A stretch of 35,358 nucleotides of DNA from a virus (taxonomy: Duplodnaviria > Heunggongvirae > Uroviricota > Caudoviricetes): the IMG/VR virus record IMGVR_UViG_3300029957_000005, positions 128,001 through 163,358 of that record. One strand, 5' to 3'. Positions within the stretch are counted from its first letter, which is position 1; every line of letters starts with the position of its first letter. Of this stretch, positions 22,144 through 30,350 are shown piece after piece. The notes under the pieces are model-generated. The model saw only the letters and a list, made by a program, of their open reading frames with translations. It was not told where the DNA came from and did not search any database. A program made the position numbers and the translations under genes.

Positions 22144-23030
22144 GAGAACAGTATATCACTTATGGTTGGAATGTTGAACGGAGAAACGATGTCGCAGCCA
22201 AAAAATATCAGTTCGCCGAGACCTGGATGGAAGCAGAATTCCGGGTCCTCGAGGTAGATGATGGTCGGACGAGACATGAGGATGGCATAGTACTCATACT
22301 TGGACGGCTTGATCTTCCGGACGAAGCGATCGTCAGCCAGGCTCTCATTCGGGTCGGTGACCACCAGCTTCTTGCCCATACGGACTGCGAGGCTCTGGGC
22401 CTTCTCGAAACGGTAGCACGGATCTGAAATCCGAAATGGGAAGAAGATCTCATTCGATGCAAGTCTCTGGATCTGAAGAGTCCTTGGAACAAGGCTCGAT
22501 AGGACTTCGGTGTTGACCACCTTCTGATTGACCACGATCTTCTCAGGATCAGCTCCTATGTGAGTCAGTCTGTCTTTCTGCCAGGTGTTGAAGACTTGCG
22601 CCTGCTCCGTCCTTCCGCTGTTGATGGACGCTACATCTCGAGCCAGGAACTCGTCTACGTACGGACGAGAGATCAGAGGATGGGAGGTGATCTCGAGGTA
22701 GTAGACGATCGGAAGATCGATTGGACAACCAGTCATATTGGTCACGATCCGATCCACACCTTCCGGGATCTGGAGTCCCGGGTTCAGGTCCCAGAAGCTC
22801 TTCCGATTCTCATAGGCGTTCAGACCGTACTTGGCCTTGATGATCCGATCCCACCTGATCAGGCCAAAGGCTACGAACACATCGATGCCGATGGAGTTCT
22901 CCGGGATGACGATGAAATCATCCCTCTTCATCCGATGAAGGTGGACTTGAAAATTGCCGTCCTTTGAGACGTCGTAGAGATTCGTCTCATAGGAACGCAT
23001 AGAGTATATCGGAACGTGTAGGGTGCTCAC
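22140..23030 (-). CDS. Putative glycosyl(arabinosyl)transferase of the modification cluster
   Basis: PIYSMRSYET..Y...DGN start recalled from RB69-type cluster genes; GT-B-like C-terminus; context. Confidence 0.55.
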   Translation of the reverse strand: MSTLHVPIYSMRSYETNLYDVSKDGNFQVHLHRMKRDDFIVIPENSIGIDVFVAFGLIRWDRIIKAKYGLNAYENRKSFWDLNPGLQIPEGVDRIVTNMTGCPIDLPIVYYLEITSHPLISRPYVDEFLARDVASINSGRTEQAQVFNTWQKDRLTHIGADPEKIVVNQKVVNTEVLSSLVPRTLQIQRLASNEIFFPFRISDPCYRFEKAQSLAVRMGKKLVVTDPNESLADDRFVRKIKPSKYEYYAILMSRPTIIYLEDPEFCFHPGLGELIFFGCDIVSPFNIPTISDILFS

Positions 23031-23770
23031 AGGCGGAGTCCTAGCGGCTCTGAGGCTGGTCTAAAGGTGTTGACGTATGCTTCATCTCTCTCGAAGACGT
23101 GAGCGTTCTGAAGGAAGCCAGTCCAGTGTGTCCTCTCGATCTCGACTCCAGCCTCGTCCAGTTCGTCGGCCAGCTTTTTGAGGAGCTTGCCTTGAAGGTA
23201 GATGTCGAGCTGGAATACGGTCGCCAGATTTTGGGATCGCATCACAGTGGACATGAACAGAGTCTTGTTTCTGATCTGGAAGGAATACGAGATCGTGCAC
23301 GGGTATTCGAGAGTCTCATCCTTGTCCAGGAGGGCTGCGTCGCCTCCATCCAGAATTGTGATCACAGCACGTCTGGTGTTCGGAGAACGAACCATCTCAT
23401 CGAACATCATCGGGTACTGCTCCGCAATCCTCGGCCCGTAGAAGGTGTTGAAGTTTGCCGGGAGCTCAGTGGACTTCGGCTTATCCAGGAACTTGGAGAC
23501 CTGCGGATAGGCCTTGAATGCCTCCTGGGCATCGGTTCCGCCGGAAATCATGAAGCTCCAGAAATCCTCTGCATACTTGTACGAGATGCGATTGATCTCC
23601 GGATCCTGATTGAACACGAACGTTCTCGGATCGTTGACCACAATGCCGAGGTTCAGGATCTCATAGGCCTTTCCGATCCTGGTCTCTGAGACAAAGTCCG
23701 GAGTCAGGATGGCGTGGGTGTTCGCCATCTTGAAGGCATTTGCAAAGGTGGATGCGTATATGGTTCTCAT
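23027..23770 (-). CDS. Thymidylate-synthase-like dCMP-modifying enzyme (probable hydroxylase)
   Basis: YGPR, TRRA, EYPC, MRSQN...QLD; Asp at the specificity position as in T4 gp42. Confidence 0.85.
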   Translation of the reverse strand: MRTIYASTFANAFKMANTHAILTPDFVSETRIGKAYEILNLGIVVNDPRTFVFNQDPEINRISYKYAEDFWSFMISGGTDAQEAFKAYPQVSKFLDKPKSTELPANFNTFYGPRIAEQYPMMFDEMVRSPNTRRAVITILDGGDAALLDKDETLEYPCTISYSFQIRNKTLFMSTVMRSQNLATVFQLDIYLQGKLLKKLADELDEAGVEIERTHWTGFLQNAHVFERDEAYVNTFRPASEPLGLRL

Positions 23771-24144
23771 CTATTTGGTTTCTCACTTTCGATTTCTTCA
23801 ATTATAACATCAAGCTCGCCTCGATGGTACAGTTCTTTGAACGCCCATGGGTCCATAGCCTTGTCGTCGATGATCATATCGTAGGTCGGCTTGTGGGTCA
23901 GGAGCTCGTGGTACTTGAGTCCGATCTTGGCCAGGTTCTCGAGGAGCGGAGGGATGATCGCCTCCTTGATTCCGTCCGGACCCACCGAGTTCATGCCTCT
24001 GGCAGTGAAGAGCTTAATGTAGTGCCCGTCCTCATAGAGGCCATTGATGATCCGAACCATCTCCTTGTCAGGAGCGAAGTTGGCGTAGTCTCGGTTTGGG
24101 TTCCAATGGACGATGGTGTCATCCACATCAAAGCAAAAGATCAC
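23767..24144 (-). CDS. HAD-family phosphatase
   Basis: FDVDDT, FTARG, KP, IDDK; GTGA overlap start. Confidence 0.87.
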   Translation of the reverse strand: MIFCFDVDDTIVHWNPNRDYANFAPDKEMVRIINGLYEDGHYIKLFTARGMNSVGPDGIKEAIIPPLLENLAKIGLKYHELLTHKPTYDMIIDDKAMDPWAFKELYHRGELDVIIEEIESEKPNR

Positions 24145-25673
24145 AGATTCTTCCTCATCAGGTAGGTGCCGTACATGTAGGCTGCAAGGCTCTTGTATGG
24201 GTTGTTCTTGAAGTAGCCGGCAAGGGCCATCCAGATCACTCCGACCATGAGCTTGTGCTGACGATCGAAGAACAAGGACGTGTCCCAATTGGGCAGCTTC
24301 GGCTCGATGTCCACAAAGGCATATTCACCTTCGACTCTGAACCCTGCCCAGTCCGGCTGACTATTGAACTTGTCGTATCCGGAACAAGCATACATGTACT
24401 TGGCGATGTCGTAGTCCTTGGGACCGAAGAGCTTGGTCGAACCGAAGTAGCCTCTTGGATCGATCAGAGCCAGGGTCTCGTCCGGCTGGACGATGATGTT
24501 TGAGAAGTTCGGATCTCCGTGGATCAGATGATACTCGGTCGGGAGGAACTTGGAGATCTGTTCGAACGTCTCGCAGATGAGACCCATCTCGGTCATGTCG
24601 ATCCGAAGGCCGTTGATGACCTTGATGTGCTCGAACTGGTCGATCAGATATCGGATCGAGTGATTGCGGACGATGACCTTGTCCACGAACTCCTTCTGAT
24701 AATCCCTCTGAATCTGGTCCAAGTCCATCTCTATGGAGAGCGAATTGTTCCGAGTGTATGTCAAGAGGTCGTGGACATAGGACTTGATCATTGGCTCGCT
24801 CTGGAAGGAGGCCAGCGGGCGTCCTTCTATCTTCTCGAGAGCGATGACGTTGTCTTCTCCGTAGACGCCGAGGAGCTTGGCCGGTCGAACTATGTTCGAG
24901 AGAGTTTGGTACTTGGCCATTTCTTCGTACCAGGCGACCTCGTTCTTCTGGAGTTCGATGGCCGGTTCGGTTAGAGCAGTCTTGACCACATAGTCCGCGT
25001 GGATCTCGACCGTATTGAAGCTCCTCGAGACCTGTTCATGGTTGTGGACCTTCTTGAGCTTGACCATGTCTCCGATGTCGACCACCATTCCGAGAGGCTC
25101 TTCGATGTGTTTGTCTAGATCATAGACCTCGACGAGATCGCCTTCAGAGTCGATGCACTTGAAGTTCTTGAACTGGAAGACGCCGATGACGTTGCCTCCG
25201 GTCTTTCCTACGTTGTGCATCTCGCCTTCCTTGAAGAAGTATCGAGACTCATTGCCGTGGGTGTAGACCGCATTCTTCTTCCAGAACGTCTTGTCAGTGA
25301 AGAGCTTTGTCTGCCCTGAAGGGAAGGCGATCACATCGGACCAGTTGAAGACAACGTTCTCGCCGTCCAGGTTCCTGACTCGATTGAGCTCATTGATCGC
25401 ATAGGCCGAGCCGAGTGGCTTGTCCACGCCGATGGCATAGACTCCCTGATCCACGAAGCCATTGTCCTCGAGGTATCCTTCGACCATGGCCAGCTGATGC
25501 TTTGGTACAACGACCCAGACCTCATTGGCCTTGAGGACGCTTTTGTATATTGAAATCTGATACTTAAGTGCTGGGTCGTTGTACCAATTGACCAGGACTT
25601 TTGGAATGACCGAAGAGATTGGGTGGAGGCGTGTTGCCAAGCCTGCCCCGACGATGACTGCTATTCTGCTCAA
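24141..25673 (-). CDS. Nucleotidyltransferase fused to APH/choline-kinase-like phosphotransferase
   Basis: GAGLATRL.P...PK.L; HGDPNFSNI, LIDPRG, YDIAK. Confidence 0.88.
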   Translation of the reverse strand: MSRIAVIVGAGLATRLHPISSVIPKVLVNWYNDPALKYQISIYKSVLKANEVWVVVPKHQLAMVEGYLEDNGFVDQGVYAIGVDKPLGSAYAINELNRVRNLDGENVVFNWSDVIAFPSGQTKLFTDKTFWKKNAVYTHGNESRYFFKEGEMHNVGKTGGNVIGVFQFKNFKCIDSEGDLVEVYDLDKHIEEPLGMVVDIGDMVKLKKVHNHEQVSRSFNTVEIHADYVVKTALTEPAIELQKNEVAWYEEMAKYQTLSNIVRPAKLLGVYGEDNVIALEKIEGRPLASFQSEPMIKSYVHDLLTYTRNNSLSIEMDLDQIQRDYQKEFVDKVIVRNHSIRYLIDQFEHIKVINGLRIDMTEMGLICETFEQISKFLPTEYHLIHGDPNFSNIIVQPDETLALIDPRGYFGSTKLFGPKDYDIAKYMYACSGYDKFNSQPDWAGFRVEGEYAFVDIEPKLPNWDTSLFFDRQHKLMVGVIWMALAGYFKNNPYKSLAAYMYGTYLMRKNL

Positions 25674-26299
25674 GCTGCTTCCTCTCTGAGCATTGCTCCC
25701 AATGCTCCACCTGGATGATACTTCAGAAAGTCTTCTCGTGTAAACCCAATTTTTTCAGAAAGTTGGGTTCCGATCAAATCCAGAAGAGTCAAGAGAATTG
25801 TGGTGGATGTGGTCGGGGCCAGGGCATGGAGATCGATCTCGGTGACCTTGCCGGTGTAGATGATCCAATCGAAGATGCGATGGTTGAAGGAGTTCAGAAA
25901 GAATTCGATCGGCTGACAGGTCAGGAGTACCTGAACCACATTCGGCTTGATCTTGTCCAGGTGGGCAGCAGCCGAGAGCATCTCGATGGTCTGCCCGGAT
26001 CTGGACAGATGGATAACGATGTCCTCGTCTCCGATGAAGCCGAAGTCTCCGTGGGAGAGGTGGCTCGTATTCAGATACGCCGATCGGAGACCGAGAGATG
26101 CAAAGGTTTCTGACGCCTTCATGGCCAAGGAAGCGTTCTTCCCGACGCCCGTGATGCAGATCTTGCCTCCAGGATACTGAAGGTGTCGATTGTGAATTCG
26201 GGTGATGAGGGTTCGGAACTCTTCCTCTTGGAAGCCTAGAAATCCGGAAAGTTGTGTGAGATAGGCCTGGACGAGAGAGATCTGATTTTCATAATTCAT
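25670..26299 (-). CDS. kdsD: SIS-domain arabinose-5-phosphate isomerase (KdsD/GutQ-like, no CBS)
   Basis: TGVGKN, HGDFG, SRSG.T.E, APTTST, HPGGALG. Confidence 0.9.
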   Translation of the reverse strand: MNYENQISLVQAYLTQLSGFLGFQEEEFRTLITRIHNRHLQYPGGKICITGVGKNASLAMKASETFASLGLRSAYLNTSHLSHGDFGFIGDEDIVIHLSRSGQTIEMLSAAAHLDKIKPNVVQVLLTCQPIEFFLNSFNHRIFDWIIYTGKVTEIDLHALAPTTSTTILLTLLDLIGTQLSEKIGFTREDFLKYHPGGALGAMLREEAA

Positions 26300-26337
26300 C
26301 TAGCGATCTTATCATATTTACATCCTCCGTGTACATC

Positions 26338-26345
26338 GATAAATA
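26338..26345 (+). promoter_or_regulatory. Late promoter NATAAATA
   Basis: GATAAATA before gp2. Confidence 0.7.
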
Positions 26346-26354
26346 CGCTAGATC

Positions 26355-26963
26355 ATGGCAAAAAGAATAGCATCCGTCAATACCCGAAGGGAACGATTCC
26401 GTGAGAAGGAAGTCCAGAGAGACGCCATCAAGTGGTTCATCGGGACTCTTCGTGGAACCCAGCAGAACAACGTCGGATCCGGAGATCTCGATCCCAACCT
26501 GCTCCTCCAGAACAGGCGCTCCACAGTCAATCTGATCCCCGGTCAGATCTACTTCATGAGGTACGATCCGAAGCACAAGGATACCCTTCCTTACTACGAC
26601 ACGGCACCTCTCTTCATCCTTCTGGACATTCGAGAGAACGGTCTGTTCGGGATCAACACCCACTACCTTCCGTACCGTCTACGCATCCAGTTGATCAATG
26701 CCCTCCTGGACACGATCACCGCAAAGAAGTGGGATCACAAGACCAAGGCTCAGATCAACTACCAGATGGTCAAGAGCATGTCGAAGTACGGCATCTGCAA
26801 GCCGGCCCTCAAGTCCTATCTGTTCGACCACATGCGATCCAAGCTGGTTCGTGTTCCAGCTGAGAACTGGAAGAGGGTTGCATACCTACCAATCGAAACC
26901 TTCGTCAAGGCCAGCAAACAGCGTGTGTGGCGCGAAACAGAGCGAGCAACAAAGAGAAGTTAA
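26355..26963 (+). CDS. gp2: DNA end protector gp2
   Basis: YDPKHKDTLPYYD.PL, GIN.HYLP, KSYL..H. Confidence 0.92.
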   Translation: MAKRIASVNTRRERFREKEVQRDAIKWFIGTLRGTQQNNVGSGDLDPNLLLQNRRSTVNLIPGQIYFMRYDPKHKDTLPYYDTAPLFILLDIRENGLFGINTHYLPYRLRIQLINALLDTITAKKWDHKTKAQINYQMVKSMSKYGICKPALKSYLFDHMRSKLVRVPAENWKRVAYLPIETFVKASKQRVWRETERATKRS

Positions 26964-27505
26964 TGTTTCATTTTGTGTACAAGACCACCAATCTAGAGAA
27001 CGGTCGTTACTACATTGGCAAGTGTACTACGAAGTATCTCAACAAGAAGTATCTGGGCTCTGGTAAAATTCTTTTGGAAGCGATCAAGAAGTATGGAGAA
27101 GAGAATTTCAAAAGAGAAATTCTAGCCTTCACTGATTCTCCAGAAGCCAATGCAGAAAAGGAAAAGGAGTTGATAGGAGATTTGTGGGAAACAGATCTTC
27201 TTTGCTACAACCTCAAAGCTGGCGGACTAGGAGGCAGGCCAAAAGGAATGCCTTTGACTCGAATCGCAAGATACAAAATCTCCATGGCTCTAAAAGGCAA
27301 AGCTAAGAGTCCAGAACATGTTGCTAATCTCAAGAAACGAGTCTTTTCAGAAGAGACCAGACGACGCATATCAGAAGCAGCGAAGAATAGAGCTCCTATG
27401 ACTGAAGAGCATAAAAGAAAGCTCGGTATGATTCACAAAGGAAAGCCTTTGTCTGAAGAACACAAGCGTAAAGTTTCTGAAGGGGTCAAGAGGGCGTTGG
27501 CATGA
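26963..27505 (+). mobile_element. Free-standing GIY-YIG homing endonuclease (Seg-like, NUMOD3-like repeats)
   Basis: FVYKTTN..NG.YYIG, YLGSG, YNL, SEETRRRIS/SEEHKRKVS; more A-rich than neighbours. Confidence 0.92.
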
Positions 27506-28095
27506 AGCTCTACCACGGTTCCCCACTAGACTTCGATCACTTTCGACAAGAGTTGTCTCGCTCTCCAAACGATTACTACGGAGGCGGTCTCGCGTATCTG
27601 ACCACTTCCTTTGATGTGGCTGTAACCTATGCCAAGGCCGGAATGAAGAGACAAACTGGAGCTGGTCTCGAACCCACGGTCTATACGATCGATGCGAACT
27701 TCAAGAAAACCTTCGACGTGGACATGGAGATCACCGGAGACGATCTAGTGGACTTCATCCCTTCCCAGAAGGTGGACGAGTTCGCCCGTGGTGCTGGCCT
27801 CATCAAGTTCTCTGATTCTCCGTATGAGGTCAAAGCCAAGCTGACCTCCGGACGACTCAAGATCTCAGGAGACCAGATCTTCAAGGGACTGGACAAGGCC
27901 CTCGGTGGATCCGCAAAAGCCAGAGACTACCTGATCAAGATGGGATACGATTCCCTACGCTACAACGGAGGAGCCAACATGAGCATGGCCACTCGTCACG
28001 ACGTCTACATTGCCTATAAGGCATCGACCCTGAGGATTGTTGACAAGACACCTCTCGAAACAACTTTCAAGAATATCATGAAGAGAGCAGCATAA
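27502..28095 (+). CDS. ADP-ribosyltransferase-like protein (ART-PolyVal type)
   Basis: LYHGS...F, YGGG.AYLT....A..YA, GYDS. Confidence 0.65.
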   Translation: MKLYHGSPLDFDHFRQELSRSPNDYYGGGLAYLTTSFDVAVTYAKAGMKRQTGAGLEPTVYTIDANFKKTFDVDMEITGDDLVDFIPSQKVDEFARGAGLIKFSDSPYEVKAKLTSGRLKISGDQIFKGLDKALGGSAKARDYLIKMGYDSLRYNGGANMSMATRHDVYIAYKASTLRIVDKTPLETTFKNIMKRAA

Positions 28096-28096
28096 A

Positions 28097-28633
28097 ATGA
28101 CTAAAACCCTCGTAATCGGATCAGCCGGTAATGTCCTCCAGGACATGGCTCGAGTGGACATCAAGGACTTCGATTACGTCATCGCGGTGAACAAAGCCAT
28201 CCTGATGTATCCGTCCGCAACCCACTGGGTAACCCTACATCCGGAGCGCCTGCCTGAATGGGAGACTGAACTGCGTGAGCCTCTTCCGGAGGAGTGCGTG
28301 GTTGTCTCATTCGATCGAAAGGTCAATCTCCTAGGAAACGAGATCCGTTACCAGGTGGATGACACTCTGGACTATCTGTTCCCGAACACAGCCAACTCCG
28401 GATCCTCTGGTCTCTTCGCCGTCAAGTACGCCCTTGAGAGATTGAACTCGGACTCGGTAGTTCTGGCCGGAGTTCCGATGGATCCTGTTCTGTGTCACTA
28501 TTCGGACTCGGAGTTCTGGTCAGAAGGCGAAACCTTCTGGGATTCCTGGATGCAGGTCAAGAACCTACTGATAGATAAGGGTGTGAGATCGCTCTCAGGT
28601 CGCACGTCAAAACTCCTCGGACTCCCTGATTGA
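28097..28633 (+). CDS. Sialyltransferase/Maf-like (GT42/GT29-related) putative glycosyltransferase
   Basis: LVIGSA, VIAVN, SGSSGLFAV..A, VVLAGV.M....HY. Confidence 0.55.
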   Translation: MTKTLVIGSAGNVLQDMARVDIKDFDYVIAVNKAILMYPSATHWVTLHPERLPEWETELREPLPEECVVVSFDRKVNLLGNEIRYQVDDTLDYLFPNTANSGSSGLFAVKYALERLNSDSVVLAGVPMDPVLCHYSDSEFWSEGETFWDSWMQVKNLLIDKGVRSLSGRTSKLLGLPD

Positions 28634-29160
28634 TCAAGCCATCCCAGTTCCTCGAAACTCTCGTTAAGTCCAAGGGCTTCGCTCGTCCGAACCTCTTTGC
28701 TCTGGAGATCTTTCCTCCGGAAGGACTTCAGATTGGCTCGACGACCCTCGAACAACTCTGCAATAACGTCCTGTCTACCGAACTGCCTGGGAGAGCCATC
28801 GACGCACAACAGAATGTGAACGGTGGCTATATCCCAACTCAGCTCCCATTCAATACTTCCTATCAGCCTCTCCCTGTTACCTTCAGATGCTCCGGAGACC
28901 TTCGGGAGAAGCGCTTCTTCGAGGAGTGGCAGAAGCTGATATATAATGAGACTACGAATACCCTCGGCTGGTACGAAGACTTCATCGGATCGGCTGAAGT
29001 CTCTCAGTTGAACAGAAACGGAAAAGTACTAGCCACGTACCATATGTACGAAGTATGGCCGGGACCTATCAATTCTATCACAGTGAGTCACGATACTACG
29101 GACTCGATCTCCGAGATCCAGGTGTCACTGTACTACCGAAACTATAGATTGGTGAAGTGA
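28630..29160 (+). CDS. gp54: Baseplate tail tube initiator gp54-like
   Basis: GFARPNLF, ELPGR, R.FFE.WQ, WP..I; synteny. Confidence 0.8.
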   Translation: MIKPSQFLETLVKSKGFARPNLFALEIFPPEGLQIGSTTLEQLCNNVLSTELPGRAIDAQQNVNGGYIPTQLPFNTSYQPLPVTFRCSGDLREKRFFEEWQKLIYNETTNTLGWYEDFIGSAEVSQLNRNGKVLATYHMYEVWPGPINSITVSHDTTDSISEIQVSLYYRNYRLVK

Positions 29161-29167
29161 GAACAAT

Positions 29168-29866
29168 ATGATGAACCTACCTAAGATTACGTCGACCATC
29201 CACACCTATACGACTCTGGAAGGACAGAAGATCCTGTTTGCCCAGTTCACCGGAGGTCAGGAGAAGGTCCTCCTGGAGGCCAAGGAATCAGGTGATGATG
29301 ATCTCATCGTCCAGACGGTCATTGAGGTCCTGAAGTCCATCGTTCGAAAGGGTGATGTCGAGAAGCTTCCGACCTTCGAAGTCGAGAACCTGCTTCTCCG
29401 CTCTCGCATCGTCTCGGTTGGATCGGACGTCGAAGTGGTCATCAAGGATCCTGAGACAGAAGAGAAGATCAACATCCACATCGATCTGTCCAAGGCCGAG
29501 TTGACCAAGAGTCGTCCGGACAAGAGAGTCCTGCTAGGTCAGTCCGAAGACGGATCCGGGGAGGTCTTCCTCAATCTCAAGTATCCGACCTTTTCCGATC
29601 TGGCCGACTACAAGAAGGTCTCGGATGATGCCAAGATTCGTCTCTGCCTGGACAACATTCAGGTCGGAGACAAGTACACCGACATCTCAGAAGTTCCGGA
29701 CAAAGAACTCACCGCCTGGCTCCTGACTCTCGAGAAGAGCACCCTCAAGAAGCTCGGTGAATTCATCCAGAACATTCCGAGACTCGAATTGCCACTCACC
29801 TACCATCTCAAAGATGGAACTGAAAAGACCATTATCTTGAAGGATTTCAAGGATTTTTTTATGTAA
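29168..29866 (+). CDS. gp26: Baseplate hub assembly gp26
   Basis: LPKI, EKVLLEA.ES, LP.FEVE.L.LRSR..SVG, KYP, C-terminal DFF. Confidence 0.88.
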   Translation: MMNLPKITSTIHTYTTLEGQKILFAQFTGGQEKVLLEAKESGDDDLIVQTVIEVLKSIVRKGDVEKLPTFEVENLLLRSRIVSVGSDVEVVIKDPETEEKINIHIDLSKAELTKSRPDKRVLLGQSEDGSGEVFLNLKYPTFSDLADYKKVSDDAKIRLCLDNIQVGDKYTDISEVPDKELTAWLLTLEKSTLKKLGEFIQNIPRLELPLTYHLKDGTEKTIILKDFKDFFM

Positions 29867-30045
29867 TGCTGGGGCACAGCTCCCTGGCAACATTCATCAA
29901 GCTTCGATTTCTGATGAACGCTGAATATTCTTGGTCATACGATCACTACGAAAGCCTAAGACCATGGGAGCTCGAAGCCCATCTGATCCTACTGCAGCAG
30001 CATCTGCAAGAAAAAGAGGCCGCAAGGGCCAAACAGAAAAGGTGA
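29866..30045 (+). CDS. gp51: Baseplate hub assembly catalyst gp51-like, 59 aa
   Basis: Hand translation MLGHSSLATFIKLRFLMNAEYSWSYDHYESLRPWELEAHLILLQQHL...; PWE motif; follows gp26; absent from ORF track. Confidence 0.82.
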   Translation: MLGHSSLATFIKLRFLMNAEYSWSYDHYESLRPWELEAHLILLQQHLQEKEAARAKQKR

Positions 30046-30350
30046 GTGACATTGCCCGTCGATGGAAGAACCGTCGATGGATGGCATGGATCACTTTCGT
30101 ATTTGATCACCTGATGATCATGTACATCGTCCTCTATACTCCTTCTGTCCAGGCCTATGAAGGCATCATCAATACTTTCTTCATGCTCTCAGGCGCCGTC
30201 CTTGGCGCCTACATTGGCTTCTCTACGTGGGACGACGTGTCCGCCAAAAGGTCCGGTGTAGGGATAGATACGGAAGAAGATACGATAGAACCCGATGGAC
30301 CTCACATGGCACCTCCGCCTGAGGCCCAAGCGGATACAGACGAGAGATAA
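30042..30350 (+). CDS. Two-TM membrane protein (possible holin-like)
   Basis: GTGA overlap start; WKNRRWMAW followed by two hydrophobic segments. Confidence 0.65.
   Translation: MSDIARRWKNRRWMAWITFVFDHLMIMYIVLYTPSVQAYEGIINTFFMLSGAVLGAYIGFSTWDDVSAKRSGVGIDTEEDTIEPDGPHMAPPPEAQADTDER

Noticed and set aside
7241-26113. Long antisense ORFs (e.g. 7241-7849, 8532-9476, 9587-10513, 11362-12111, 19444-20472, 21574-22257)
   Set aside because: They are shadows of well-supported opposite-strand genes, expected from codon bias, and show no recognisable motifs
25670-26299. Kdo/LPS biosynthesis role for the KdsD homologue
   Set aside because: No kdsA or kdsB in the window; it is coupled to a dCMP-modifying enzyme and a dNMP kinase
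29931-30041. N-terminal extension of the membrane protein ORF
   Set aside because: It overlaps gp51; GTG at 30042 is the likelier start
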